Shown one piece after another: positions 43,702-57,688 of a stretch of DNA of 64,000 nucleotides. How positions within the stretch are numbered: position 1 is the first letter of the stretch; the number at the start of each line of letters is the position of its first letter. A program made the position numbers and the translations under genes. Source of the stretch: Eledone cirrhosa (taxonomy: Eukaryota); NCBI GenBank assembly GCA_964016885.1, contig OZ024752.1:49414001-49478000 (forward strand). The letters run 5' to 3'. Below the pieces are notes generated by a model, which was not told the DNA's origin, ran no database searches, and saw nothing but the letters and a program-made list of their open reading frames with translations.

Positions 43702-44360
43702 GGTGGAGACTGGTCAGTTTCTACAGCCAGGTGTTGGCTGGTCAGTTTCAATAGCCAGGTGTTAGCTGGACAGTTTCTACAGTTGGTGGAGACTAGTCAG
43801 TTTCTACAGCCAGGTGTTGGCTAGTCAGTTTCTATAGTCAGGTGTTGGCTGGTCAGTTTCTACAGCCAGGTGTTGGCTGGTCAGTTTCTACAGCCAGGTG
43901 TTGGCTGGTTAGTTTCTACAGCCAGGTGTTGGCTGGTCAGTTTCTACAGTTAGAGGGTGACTGGTCAGTTTCTACAGTTAGGGGGTGACTGGTCAGTTTC
44001 TACAGCCAGGTGGAGACTGGACAGTTTCTACAGCCAGGTGGAGACTGGACAGTTTCTACAGCCAGGTGTTGGCTAGTCAGTTTCTATAGTCAGGTGTTGG
44101 CTGGTTAGTTACTACAGCCAGGTGTTGGCTGGTCAGTTTCTACAGTTAGGGGGTGACTGGTCAGTTTCTACAGTTAGGGCGTGACTGGTCAGTTTCTACA
44201 GTTAGAGGGTGACTGGTCAGTTTCTACAGTTAGGGGGTGACTGGTCAGTTTCTACAGCCAGGTGGAGACTGGACAGTTTCTACAGCCAGGTGGAAACTGG
44301 ACAGTTTATACAGCTAGGTGGAAACTGGACAATTTCTACAGCCAGGTGGTGACTGGACTG
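43702..44360. repeat. 28-bp minisatellite, ~23 copies with interspersed variants
   Basis: ggtgttggctggtcagtttctacagcca and the variants ggtggagact.. and gggtgact.. Confidence 0.95.
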
Positions 44361-44801
44361 TTTAAAGTTAGGTCACTCTTTGATAAATGTCACGACAATG
44401 AGTGTTCCAGTTGCCCAAATAACAGAACAGCCATCTCAAGAAATAAAAAAAGCACCCAGTCTGCACTGTAAAGGACTATGAAAGCCATAAATTGATAAAT
44501 TATGAAATATCAACTCATTTTAATCGTTAGACACAGCAATGTTTATGATTTCTATTATATATTTTTGGAAGTAATCACCAATTGGTAGTATTTACTAAAA
44601 TAATTAACCACTAACGCACACACACACTTGATGAGACAATGATAGATGTTATATACAGTGTATTTCTGTTGAAATTAGGAACACAGCATCACTTCACTAA
44701 CCATATGATTATCAAGATATTCTATGAATATAGAGCACTCTACAAACCTATGGACCTTATGGCTACAAATATTGCAATACCTCCCAGATATTTTTGTGTA
44801 C

Positions 44802-44835
<34 letters not shown>

Positions 44836-45105
44836 GTCTGTGTGTATATATATATATATATATATGTCTGTCTATATATATATATATATATATGTGTATG
44901 TGTATATATATATATGTGTGTATATGTATATATATATATATATATACTTACATAACATTATGCTGCAACGTTTTAATTCGAATATGAATATTTAAAAATA
45001 CAGCTTCCTCGTGGGTGGGTTGGCTGGTTTGAAGTGAGTTACCAAATATTTAATTTTTAATCATTCCATATTTTAATATGAACTTAACATGCACACACAC
45101 ACACA

Positions 45106-45159
<54 letters not shown>

Positions 45160-45223
45160 CCCTCAAACAATTCGATTGGTATCTGCTATAAAGCAGCTAC
45201 AACTTTGATTTATGCCCCTAAAC

Positions 45224-45264
<41 letters not shown>

Positions 45265-45887
45265 TTATTTATATATAAAATAATGGTAGATAAGACGAGA
45301 TTAAATCACCATAATTGTTTATTGCATTATATACATTTCTGTTACATGGTTATTCATGTGACTTCGTCAGATGCTTACGCAATCATTGCTGCAGTTATGC
45401 AATCATTGTGATATGCCAGTAGCCATGTATATCTATCCTCAAGAAGTTACAATGTAACAACTAAGATAAACAACACTCTTCTGCTATATATGTATATATG
45501 CGTGTGTGTGTATATATGTATATACATATGATCTTGCTAGAATTAATTATAAAATATGTATGTATATGTATGTATGTGTGTATGTACTTTCTCTTAATTT
45601 TAAGTTTACTTTTGACTGGCCACTTTCCTGGTGGCAAGGTTGCAAAGAAAAGAAATTCTTGCTGTATCTTGTGTGAGTGTTCATCTTTGAATCACAAGAA
45701 TATTTTACAAATTTTTAAGGCTCTAGATATCGTGGCCATTTGTAGCTTATGAATTATTAAAGGGTGATGTTTTTTCTCCTCAAATCCAAGCTCAGTTATA
45801 CTTTGGTGCTGGAGGGTTGGTATATAAGCTGTAACTCCAATAATGATATAAACATATGTATATATATATATATATTTATATATAAAC

Positions 45888-45918
<31 letters not shown>

Positions 45919-45953
45919 AACATATATATATATATATATATTTATATATAAAC

Positions 45954-45984
<31 letters not shown>

Positions 45985-46050
45985 AACATATATATATATA
46001 TTTATATGTATATATACACATATATAAACATATATATATATACATATATA

Positions 46051-46091
<41 letters not shown>

Positions 46092-46132
46092 ATATATCTA
46101 TAAACATATATCTATATCTATCTATCTATCTA

Positions 46133-46164
<32 letters not shown>

Positions 46165-46168
<4 letters not shown>

Positions 46169-46348
46169 AGAAGGTATGACCCCGACGGCAGAGCTCAAGC
46201 CGTTTCTAGTCCAGAAATAGCCGTAGAAACGGCTTGAGCTCTGCCGTCGGAGTCATACCTTTTCCTATTTCCCACTCTACTACCCTAAGTATTGAGTACT
46301 CTGGTGTGTTATGGTCTATCTGGTTCCTTACCACAATTCCTTCGTTAT
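46165..46348 (+). mobile_element. H3-family fold-back element
   Basis: Hairpin gtatgaccccgacggcagagctcaagccgtttcta...tagaaacggcttgagctctgccgtcggagtcatac plus the family tail; in (TA)n. Confidence 0.65.
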
Positions 46349-46809
46349 ATATATATATATATATATATATACACCTACATATAATAGGAATGATAGTTTT
46401 AAGAGCCTTTGTAAAATCTGTAAAATATAAACTCGCAGTATCATTTAACATAAGATTATGAAGCATTGTAACAACGACTTCCGATTATTCCAACTTGCCT
46501 TGTCTTAGTATCTCATTACAGTGATGACTCATCAAGAATTAATCTGCTGAGTGCTAGCAATTAGGTTTTGGCACATCTTCAAAAATAATATATTCATTAA
46601 GTATTACATTGACTTCCTACTTGGACAATTTGTTGCTCACAGACTTACACTGTATGATTAGGGTTTCTAATTTTGTATGTTTGTGTTTGTGACTATGTGT
46701 CTGTGTGTCTGTATGTCTGTATATATGTGTGTGTGTGTGTATCTACGTGTGCCTGTGTGTGTATCTATGTGCGTCTGTGTGTCTGTCTGTGTCTATCAAT
46801 TTAAGAATA

Positions 46810-47412
46810 AAGGAGAGGTGGTTTACCTCTGTCTGGTGGCAATGGCGAAAGAGGTAATATGGTGGACGAGGGGTAGAAGGACTGAGGGCAAACATCTTTC
46901 TCTCCGGACAACAACTCATCCCCTTCTTTAAGTACCACTTCAGAAGGAAGGTAAGAGTGGAGAGAGAGAGGTGCTACACCCCGGTAAATTCTCTGAAACG
47001 TGGGTGAATGGGGTAAAAATGGCCCCAGTGAATGGGCCTTCTCTGTATATAAACCTGTAGGTTGAGGAAGACAAATGGAGGGAAGACAGGAACACTTACA
47101 AAACGTGTTCCTGGTGTTGAGGGTTGTTCACGGTTGTCCACGGGGTGTAAAACAACCCCGCAGTAGCGTTCCCCCCTACTGGAGATTTCGATTGTTTTAT
47201 TTTATATATAGTTTATTGTAATTCGCCGAGGTTGACTTTGCCTTTCATCCTTACAGGGTCGATAAAATAAAGTACCAGTAATGCACTGGGTATTTGTTGG
47301 CCTTGTGCCTAAAGTAGAAACAATTATTGTTAAAGATTTTATGTAAAAAACCCCTGCCGGCACGTCTTATAATGTTCCCTTTTTGTACGCCCCTGTGGCA
47401 AATAAAGAAATA
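46810..47412 (+). mobile_element. Degenerate L1/Tx1-like LINE 3' end, interrupted by a SINE fragment (47220-47326)
   Basis: Frameshifted ..LCLVAMAKEVIWWTR..FFKYHFRRKVRVER..; ends gcccctgtggcaAATAAAgaaa, a tail also seen at ~2695, ~13310(-), ~19925 and ~61365(-). Confidence 0.5.
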
Positions 47413-47625
47413 TATCTGAGTGCGTGTGCGTGCGTCTGTGTGTAAATGTTTTAAATTAACTCTTATGAGAGTGTGAGACAAATAAACAAATATATATATA
47501 TACTCTTTTACCAGGAAAAGCGGACGTAAAATGATGATGATGATGATGTATATATATCATTTTCATCCTCATTCATTAACATCATTATATATATATAATG
47601 TGTGTGTGAGTGTACATGTACATAC

Positions 47626-47667
<42 letters not shown>

Positions 47668-48737
47668 ATATTTATATATATATATATATTCCTCATGATT
47701 TCTTATAAATGAAACAGTTCTAGTCCTGTAAAAGTCATTTCTATCTAAAATATTGAATTTTTATTTGTGATCACTTCCCAATATACATAGGGAACCTGCA
47801 TATTATATATATATATATATATATGCCAACACAAGAGAAAGAATGATGAGGTCTTTCTACTCAATGGCTTAAGAGGCTGTTTGCATAATTGCAAATAATC
47901 GAAAAAATTATTATTAATATTCGAAAAACTCATTTCTTTTAAACGGAAAAAATGAAACAAAATTTAATTTCCCACTCTTAGTACGGCTGTTACTTGAATA
48001 TAAGTATGAACACGTACATACATATATGTATACAGACGTACAGTAGTATGTATATATATATACATACATGCACACATATATATATGCACGTATGGATTCA
48101 CCGAACATTTATTATAATGCTCGGTGTGTTTGTAAACAAACATCCCGTATTAAGCCGTAGTGTCTAGTAACCATCGTTGCTCGTTTGTTCAACACTGACA
48201 AAGGAACGCTGTACTAGTTTCAAGCTTGTTAGCTATCGTCAGCAACGTATACCTTCCTGCCAGATTGTTGAACGTCTGAAAGTATATACTTACCTTAAGC
48301 ATATTAACGGCTGAGTAGCCCAATTTGCATACCAAGTGGGTTAATCATTTCTTTTATATATATATTTATATATATACAGTCAGTAGGCACCTCTAACAAA
48401 ATACACCCCCGTCCCACTACCCCCACCCCATCCAAACCACCCCTTTCAATGTAAAGTTATGTTGGTACCACAACATCCAGCCCGAAACAAATGAGGTCGT
48501 GTAGGTGTCACGACAAAAAAACACACAGTCCACGCTGTAATGTGGCCGTGTAGGTAACACGGTAAAAACCTCCCAGTTCCACACTGTAAACGTGGTTGGT
48601 GTTAGGAAGGGCATCCAACTGTAGAAAACCCGCCAGACAGTCCTATGCGAGCAAGACAACCACTCTTGCCTCAAGTGGGAAAACCCCCGTCCAAACCCAT
48701 GCAAGCGTGGAATATGGACGTTAAACGATGATGATGA

Positions 48738-48776
<39 letters not shown>

Positions 48777-49643
48777 TAAAAAAATAATGAATAAAACAAT
48801 GAAACAGTTCCTTATATTAAACAAAAAAAGTTCATTATTTAACAATCGTTTCTAGGACATATATGTGTTAGAATTGGCATGCATATTCAACAGATCTATG
48901 TACAAAATTATACAAACTATCAAATTTAATATACATACCAACACATATATATGCCGTATTTATCTTTCACCGAAAGTGATTTTTGAATGCATCTCTTCTT
49001 TCCATGATATCCGGATTACATTGAGTTCTTCATACGGATTGGACACTACCGTAAACTCTTGGTAGATTTATCTACATATATATATATATATATGCAAAAG
49101 GGATATTCAATTTGTTGGCAATTCAAATGTTTATTTCTATTTTTAGTTCTATTTCTATAATACTTATACATGCACAATTATTAATCTATATAGATATTTA
49201 TATACTTACAACCTGTTGTAAGGTAAATAAGATAAAATCTACTTACAACCATAATTCTTCATATAATCTAATTGATTATATATACAATATTATAACTCAT
49301 AATATAGTTAAATAAATTTGAAATTCTGGAATCAAATTTGAAATTCTGGAATCATATTCCACCATTCCCGCAAATTGTTAATTCCTTTTAAATTAACGTA
49401 AATACAAGCTCATCTTTCTTTCTTCTTCCTACTCATACATACATATATCCTAATTATTTAAATTCTGCATAGTGTCTAAAATAACGTTTTTTCAAGCCCT
49501 ATACCTCAACCTCATTTGCATACTCATCTTAATAATTTGAAATATCTGACTTTTCTTCTCCTTTCCCTTCACTATCCAGGAAAAACTTGAACCGTTTAAG
49601 GTATTTTTTCTTGGTTATGTCAACATTTATAAAACAAACTTTG

Positions 49644-49704
49644 TATTTTATCTGATGAGAACGTACTAAAGTTTTGGTACCCTTGAAATATATATAATAG
49701 AATA
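49644..49704 (+). ncRNA. Type I hammerhead motif, family H1
   Basis: tattttat CTGATGA gaac-gtacta-aagttt-tggtac-cctt GAAAT ATAT ATA atagaata; palindromic stem-III loop. Confidence 0.72.
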
Positions 49705-49750
49705 AATATGGTTTTATAAATGTAAATCTGAGTTTTTCAAATATTATTAT

Positions 49751-49958
49751 CCCGCCGAGGTTGACTTTGCCTTTCATCCTTACGGGGTCGATAAAATAAA
49801 GTACCAGTAATGCACTGGGTAATTGCTGGCCTTGTGCCTAAAGTAGAAACAATTATTAATAATAATAATAATTGTTTCTACTTTAGGCACAAGGCCAGCA
49901 ATTACCCAGTGCATTACTGGTACTTTATTTTATCGACCCTGTAAGGATGAAAGGCAAA
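49751..49958. mobile_element. Tail-to-tail inverted pair of SINE family A 3' halves
   Basis: Near-perfect inverted arms of ~90 bp around a short (AAT)n spacer. Confidence 0.88.
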
Positions 49959-49974
49959 ATAATAATAATAATAA

Positions 49975-50049
<75 letters not shown>

Positions 50050-50671
50050 GGGGTTAAGACCTTCCTCAACTCACAATTTGCTTTTCTAGGTCTATATATA
50101 TGTGCCTGTGTGTGTGTATGTATATGTGTATATATATGTGTGTGTGTAGGAGAAATCCATTATTTTCATTTGTTGTTAGTTGTCTCCATGCATCAACAAC
50201 TTATATCTTATTTCCTTAATTGGTTTAGTGGCTGTTATTTTGTTAATTAATTTGTTTGTGTTAACGATTAAACACTGAGATAATATTGAAACATGGATAT
50301 TTATAATATATATACAAATACATGCAGACATATATATTACGGGGTCGATAAAATAAAGCACCAGTAATGCACTGGGGTAGATTTAATCAATTTTCCCTTC
50401 CCCCCAAAATTGCTGGCCTTGTGCAATGAAAAAAATGAAGTTTACAATTCACACCTTTGCAATTTTAACTGGCCTCCTATGAGGTAGTGTCTCATCAGGA
50501 GTCTCTCAGGTGTTTTAATGATAATAGTCCCAATCAAATCAATGTAAAGCATTTTAAATAAAAAGTCTTGCTCAAGAACACGACACCACCCAGTTCAAGA
50601 ATTGAACCCATAATCTTATGATTAGGAGTCCAACACTCTAACCACTAGATCATGCACCACATTACATAAGA

Positions 50672-50963
50672 AAGTCTAAAGTCTGTCTCTAAAGCCCAGA
50701 AGGCTCACCGGGCCGGTGCTTATCCCGATTTCCATGGAGTGAAACAACTGAGAGTATAAGACCTCCCCCCCCCCCTCGGACAGGCTGCCAGTCCATCGCA
50801 GGGTTAACTCCCCAGCTTTTGCTGGTACTCATTTTCAGCTGAGTACACTGGAGCAACGTGAAATGAAGTGTTTTGCTTAAGGACCCAACACAAAACCCAG
50901 TCCAGGAACCCACAATATTATGGTTGTAAGTCCAACCCCCTTACCCCTAGGCCACGTGCCTCC
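50672..50963 (-). mobile_element. tRNA-derived SINE with Meta/V-like central domain
   Basis: Minus strand ggaggcacgtggcctaggggtaagg head, ..aaccctgcgatggactggcagcctgtcc..ggaaatcgggataagcaccggcc... A degraded copy lies at ~24585-24745. Confidence 0.7.
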
Positions 50964-51149
50964 ATAAGATAGAGGCCAAACAATGTCACATAGAAGTGAA
51001 CAGGGCTCCGTCGAACACTTACCTGTAATAAGATATCCTGGGAAGGTCACCTCTAATAAAATATCCTGGAACAGTTACCTGCAATAATTTGTCCTTGGAT
51101 ATTTACCTGTAATAAGGTGTCTTGGAACATATACCTGTAACACAATATT

Positions 51150-51847
51150 ACCTGATTTGGGACTAAAGGTAGCGGCTTGATATTCATTTGAACAAACTTT
51201 CCGGTTAAATAACATCAATGACTGACATTCCAATAATAATAATGATGATGATGATGATGATAATAGCAATAATAATAATAATAAGGATGGTTAAAGAAGA
51301 TTAGTCCAGCCCCGCGTTTTGGAACACTTCAAAAGGCATGCTTGCTGGGAACAGCAACAACCCTCCGATACGTCCTGAATATCTGAGGCTGCAGGTAGCG
51401 GCATGATGTTTCATTTGAACAAACTTTCCAGTTAAATAACATCAATGACTGAGACTTAAAGAACAACAACAATAATAATAATAATAATAATAAAAGGAGA
51501 GGGAGAAAATTAACCGATACCAGGATTTAAAGTGGGAGTTAAAAAGGATTTGGGACTGCCATGAGATCAAGGTCATCCCGATTGTCATAGGAGCACTAGG
51601 TACTATCTTGAAGAGTTTTCAAGGATGGCTAAAGAAGATTAGTCCAGCTCAGCTTTTTGGAACATTTCAAAAGGCATGCTTGCTGGGAACAGCAACAACC
51701 CTCCGAAACGTCCTGAATATCTGAGGCTGCAGGTAGCGGCTTGATGTTTCATTTGAACAAACTTTCCGGTTAAATAACATCAATGACTGAGACTCCAAAA
51801 ATAATAATGACAACGACAATAATAATAATAATAATAATAATAATAAT
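51150..51847 (+). mobile_element. Three tandem 5'-truncated R4/Dong-like non-LTR retrotransposon ends separated by (TAA)n
   Basis: 51494-51724 encodes KEREKINRYQDLKWELKRIW..IKVIPIVIGALG..QKACLLGTATTLRNVLNI* (REL-endonuclease C-terminus). The same 3' UTR occurs three times, each ending in AAT/AAC repeats. Confidence 0.85.
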
Positions 51848-51868
51848 TGAGTCAATTAATAGATAAAA

Positions 51869-51900
<32 letters not shown>

Positions 51901-52079
51901 TAATAAAAGAAAGCCTGGCAAATATATCAAACAAAGCTATTTAGTGTATAAATTGCTTATTTGATGTGAACAAACTATAAAGTCTTTTGTCGTAAAATCT
52001 ACAACACAGCTAATTTGTTCATACAATAACATGTCTTGTTTATTGAAGTTTTATAAACATTCTTCTTACACTTTTATTT

Positions 52080-52144
52080 TATATATATTTACTTATTAAT
52101 TATATATATATATATATTATATATATATATATTTACTTATTAAT

Positions 52145-52176
<32 letters not shown>

Positions 52177-52405
52177 ATATATATATATTTATATTTACTT
52201 ATTAATTATATATATATTTATATTTACTTATTAATTATATATATATTATATATATATATATATTTATATTTACTTATTAATTATATATATATTTATATTT
52301 ATATTTACTTATTAATTATATATATATATATATATTTATATTTACTTATTAATTATATATATATTATATATATATATATATATTTACTTATTAATTATAT
52401 ATATA

Positions 52406-52437
<32 letters not shown>

Positions 52438-52444
52438 TTACTTA

Positions 52445-52488
<44 letters not shown>

Positions 52489-52540
52489 TATATTTACTTA
52501 TTAATTATATATATATATATATATTTACTTATTAATTAAA
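52080..52540. repeat. (TA)n-spaced atttacttattaatt repeat
   Basis: Roughly a dozen units with variable TA spacers. Confidence 0.85.
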
Positions 52541-52660
52541 TGTATATATATACATATATATATATATTATGTGTATGTATGTATATATATATATTTATTT
52601 TTTATATATATATATATTTATTATAAATATATATATATATATACATACATACATACATAC

Positions 52661-52706
<46 letters not shown>

Positions 52707-52747
52707 TCTATATATATATATATATGAGTATATATATAGAGTGTATG

Positions 52748-52782
<35 letters not shown>

Positions 52783-52843
52783 TCTATTAGAGCTGCCCTT
52801 GATTTTAGTTTAGTCTATGAAAAGTCATCATCATTGTTGATAC

Positions 52844-52892
<49 letters not shown>

Positions 52893-53099
52893 ATTGTTGT
52901 TGCTGTTGTTGTTGTTGTAAGGAATTCATTTATGGTGATGATTTCAGTCTTCTTGCATCATTAATCCGATCGGTTGGTCTGTCGGTTGAACAGACTTTTG
53001 GATGTCTTCCACAGTAAGAGGGAGAGGAGGAGGAGGTGGTGCCGGGAGGGGGGGGGGGAGATATGTGATACGTGTGTTGGGGAGAAGCAGGCGGCGTGG

Positions 53100-53862
53100 A
53101 GGTGGTGGTGGTGTTAGTGGTAATGGTGGTGTTAGTGGTGGTAATGGTGGTAATGGTGGTGTTGGTGGTGGTAATGGTAGTAATGGTGGTGGTGGTGTTG
53201 GTGGTAGTGGTAATGGTGGTGTTGGTGGTGTTAGTGGTGGTAATGGTGGTAGTAATGGTGGTAATGGTGGTGGTGGTGGTGGTGGTGGTAGTAATGGTGG
53301 TAATGGTGGTGGTGGTGGTGGTGGTGGTGGTAATGGTGGTGTTGGTGGTGTTAGTGGTGGTAATGGTGGTAGTAATGGTGGTAATGGTGGTGGTGGTGGT
53401 GGTGGTGGTAGTAATGGTGGTAATGGTGGTGGTGGTGGTGGTGGTGGTGGTAATGGTGGTGTTGGTGGTGTTAGTGGTGGTAATGGTGGTAGTAATGGTG
53501 GTAATGGTGGTGGTGGTGGTGGTGGTGGTAATGGTAGTAATGGTGGTGGTGGTGTTGGTGGTAGTGGTAATGGTGGTGTTAGTGGTGGTAATGGTGGTGT
53601 TGGTGGTGTTAGTGGTGGTAATGGTGGTAGTAATGGTGGTAATGGTGGTGGTGGTGGTGGTGGTAATGGTGGTGTTGGTGGAGGTGGTGGTGTTAGTGGT
53701 GGTAATGGTAGTAATGGTGGTAATGGTAATAATGGTGGTGGTGGTGGTGGTGGTAGTGGTAATGGTAGTGGTGGTGGTAATGGTGGTGTTGGTGGTGGTA
53801 ATGGTGGTGGTGGTGGTGGTAATGGTAGTAATGGTGGTGGTGGTGGTGGTGGTGTTGGTGGT
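53100..53862. repeat. GGT/AAT/AGT trinucleotide array with higher-order duplications
   Basis: A 120-bp block is repeated exactly (53221-53340 vs 53341-53460). Confidence 0.9.
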
Positions 53863-54908
53863 TGAGATGTGGGGAGGGAGAGAACGGAAACCTTCGAAAT
53901 GAGAGTAATCTTATCATAGGTGGTAGATAAATAAAGAGGGGTGTGTGGGGTGGTTTAGGTGGGGTGGGTGTGTTGGGGGTGGCCGGGGTCGATGCGTGTG
54001 TGTGGGTGTGGGAGGGGGTGAGTGTGAAAGTGATAGGAAGGGGAAGGAGAGAATGATGGGGAAAGCAAGAGGGGGGAGAGAAAGGAAGATAGAGTAGGAG
54101 AGAGAAAGAGGGATATATAGAGAAAGAGAGGGAGAGAAAGGTTGAGAGAGAATGAGAAATAAAGGGAAAAGGAGAGAAAGAGAAAGAATGAGGGAAAGAG
54201 AGAAGGTGAGTGAGAGAAAGAAATAGATAGGAGCAGAGAGAGAGAGAGGTGAGAGAGAGATAAAGATAGATAGGGGAGACAGAGGAAGAGATGAGAGGGG
54301 AGAGAGAGAGATAGAGATAGATAGGAGCAGAGCAGAGCAGAGGGGTGAGAGAAAGATAGATAGGGGAGACAGAGGAAGAGATGAGAGAGAGATAGATAGG
54401 AGCAGAGCAGAGAGAGTGAGGTGAGAGAGATAGAGAGAGAGAAGCTACATAAAGAGAACAAAGCACCCTCCATGTTGGCCTTTGTGAAATAAAGTCTTTG
54501 TTGGGTTTTATTTACATATATTTTTATATTCTTTATAATATTATGGTTGTTGTTGGTGTTGCTGTTGTTGTTGTTGCTTAATTTCCAAGAGAGAGAGAGA
54601 GAGATAGTGTGTGTGTCAAAGTATGAAGGTGAGAGAATATGTGTGAGAAAGAGAAAGCGTGTGTGTGAGAGAGAGAAAGAGAGAGAGAATGTGTTTGTGA
54701 GACTGTGTGAGAGAGAGAGAGAGAGAGACAGCCTATATATATATATAGAGAGAGAGAGGGAGGGGGGGGATAGAGAAAGAAACAGCCATATATATATCAT
54801 CATCATTTTATGTCCGCTTTTCCCTGCTTGCAAGGGTGGGACAGGCCCGATTCAGCACAGCATATATATATATATACACAGAGAGAGAGATAGAACTTAT
54901 ACTGTGTA

Positions 54909-54939
<31 letters not shown>

Positions 54940-55914
54940 GTATATATATATATACAGTATATATACTGTATATATATATATATATACAGTATATATAGAG
55001 TATATATACTGTATATATACAGTATATATATATACTGTATATATATATATAGAGTATATATACTGTATATATACAGTATATATAGAGTATATATACTGTA
55101 TATATACAGTATATATATATATATATAGTATATATACTGTATATATACTGTATATATACAGTATATATATATACTGTATATATACTGTATACAGTATATA
55201 TACAGTATGTATACAGTATATATACAGTATATATACAGTATGTATACAGTATATATACAGTATATATACAGTATATATACAGTATATACAGTATATATAC
55301 AGTATATATATACTGTATATATACTGTATATATACTGTATACAGTATATATACTGTATACAGTATATATACAGTATACGGTAAATATACTGTATATATAT
55401 ATATATACAGTATATATACAGTATACGGTAAATATACTGTATATATATATATACAGTATATATATATAGACTGAACTTTTGACAAGAAGGAAGGAGGTCT
55501 GACACAACTGCCTCAGTCAGTACAGAAGAGACTTATTATATTGTCACAGCTACTGTAAAGTGACAGTCTTTCTACCAACATCTGTCACTTGCTTTCCTAC
55601 ACAACATCCTACATCACCTAACCAACTCTCTCTCTCTCTCGCTTGGTCTTCCCATTCTCTCAACTCTCTCCTTCCCCCCCGCTCTCTGTCTCCCTGACTC
55701 ATTCAGTCTCTCTCTCTCTCTCTCTTGGTCTTCCCATCCTCTCCACTCTCTCCTTCCTCCCGCTCTCTGTCTCGCCGTCTCATTCAGTCTCTCTCTCTCT
55801 CTCTCTCCATTCTTCTATCCGTCCCATCCTTCTATCTACACATCTGTCTATATATTTTATATATTCCTGGCTCCTTAGTTTGTCTATCTATTCATCTCTC
55901 TCTCTCTCTCTCTC

Positions 55915-55980
<66 letters not shown>

Positions 55981-56021
55981 CCACTATCACTTTTCTTTCT
56001 CCATATATACATATATATATG

Positions 56022-56053
<32 letters not shown>

Positions 56054-56522
56054 TATATAACTCTCTATCACTTTCTTTCTCCATATATACAATATATATA
56101 TATGTATATATATATATATACCTTATTGTCTCTGTGTCCACCTAGTCACCCTCCTTATATCCACCACTCCACCTCCCCCTGTTCCCTTTTCTATGCCAGC
56201 CCCACCCTACCCACCCTGTCCCCTTCCCTATACTATTCTATATTTGAAATGTTATAGGAACAAAAAAAAAAGTGTTCTCGTTTGTCCCTCTGCTTAAATA
56301 TATACCCCCCCCCATACACACATACTCTCTCACACACACTCACACACACGCACTCACACACACACGCACACATGCACACACAAATGTATATATGTATGTG
56401 TATAGATAGACATACAGGGGGGGGGGCTAGAAAAGTAGGTGTAGAGTATTGAAAAAACAAATGTACTAAATGAAGCCTACCAACACTAATAAAACACTAG
56501 TAATACCGGTATAATCCTTAAA

Positions 56523-56568
<46 letters not shown>

Positions 56569-56621
56569 AACCTGTAAGGTATATTATCCTTGGTTATGTC
56601 AAATATTTATAAAACATTTTG

Positions 56622-56683
56622 TATTTTATCTGATGAGAGCATACCAACATTTTTGTTACCCTTGAAATATATATAATAGAATA
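56622..56683 (+). ncRNA. Type I hammerhead motif, family H1
   Basis: tattttat CTGATGA gag...ctt GAAAT ATAT ATA atagaata; stem II partly degraded. Confidence 0.7.
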
Positions 56684-56741
56684 AATATGGTTTTATAAAT
56701 ATAGTTTCCATTTATTTAATATCATTATATATATATATATA

Positions 56742-57081
56742 TCATTTCATTCATTTCATTTTACGTCCACTTTTCCCTGCTTGCAAGTGTGGGACGGGAA
56801 TTGATTCTGGCTTGATTTCTACAGCTGGTTGCCCTTCCTAACACCAACCTCATTTACAGTGAGTGCTGGGTGCTTTTTTGCCATGGCACCTCCACAACCA
56901 CTTTGCAGTGGAATGATAGGGACTGGGGTCCCTATCATCTCATTTCTACAGCTGAGTGAACTGGAGCAATATGAAATAAAGTGTCTTGTTCAAGGAAACA
57001 ACACATCACCCGGTCTGAGAATTGAACTCACAACTTTTCGATTGCAAGGTCAATGCTCTAACCACTAAGCCATGTGCCTCC
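56742..57081 (-). mobile_element. SINE family B (same tail as 33369)
   Basis: Full-length reverse copy. Confidence 0.85.
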
Positions 57082-57345
57082 ATATATATACTGTAGGGAT
57101 TATACCGGTATTACTAGTGTTTTATTAGTGTTTTATGATGTGTAGGCGCCACGGAAAAAAGCACCCAGCACTCACTGTAAATGAGGTTGGTATTAGGAAG
57201 GGCATCCAGCTGTAGAGATCAAGCCAGAATCTGTTCCCGTATGAACAAGACAAGGTCAGCCGACCGGACACTGCCCACAACAGGACAACCCGTCTAACCC
57301 ATGCTAGCGTGGAAGAACGGACGTAAAACGGTGATGATGATGATG

Positions 57346-57386
<41 letters not shown>

Positions 57387-57623
57387 AAAAGGGCCGGAAC
57401 TCAGCCTTCGGGGTCCTCCTGACTCTTTTTCCTATTACCCGTTTTGGTCCATCTGGTATCTTACCACACCTTCTTTGTTATATATATATATGTAAAAGTT
57501 CTATTTAAATTGTTGGGATACAACAAGCAAATATTTTTATAACTGATATAAAGCACTCAACAAATATTTGGAGTAAAAATACAATATATTAACAAATGGA
57601 AACTATATTTATAAAACCATATT

Positions 57624-57688
57624 TATTTCATTATACATATTTCAAGGACACCAAGTTAAATTATGGTGTGCTTTCATCAGATAAAATA
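57624..57688 (-). ncRNA. Type I hammerhead motif, family H1 (exact inverted copy of 57779-57843)
   Basis: Reverse complement is identical to the + copy; it lies in the left arm of a ~110-bp inverted repeat. Confidence 0.8.

Noticed and set aside
48286-48297. U1 snRNA 5' end (atacttacct)
   Set aside because: The match stops after 10 nt with no U1 body.
53002-53865. Gly/Asn-rich 287-aa ORF resembling a structural protein
   Set aside because: Almost only GGT/AAT/AGT/GTT triplets, other frames are also open, and there is no signal peptide; best explained as a microsatellite.
55470-55592. Cluster of TGACA (TALE/Meis-like) motifs
   Set aside because: Five-base motif that is too short to support a regulatory call without conservation data.
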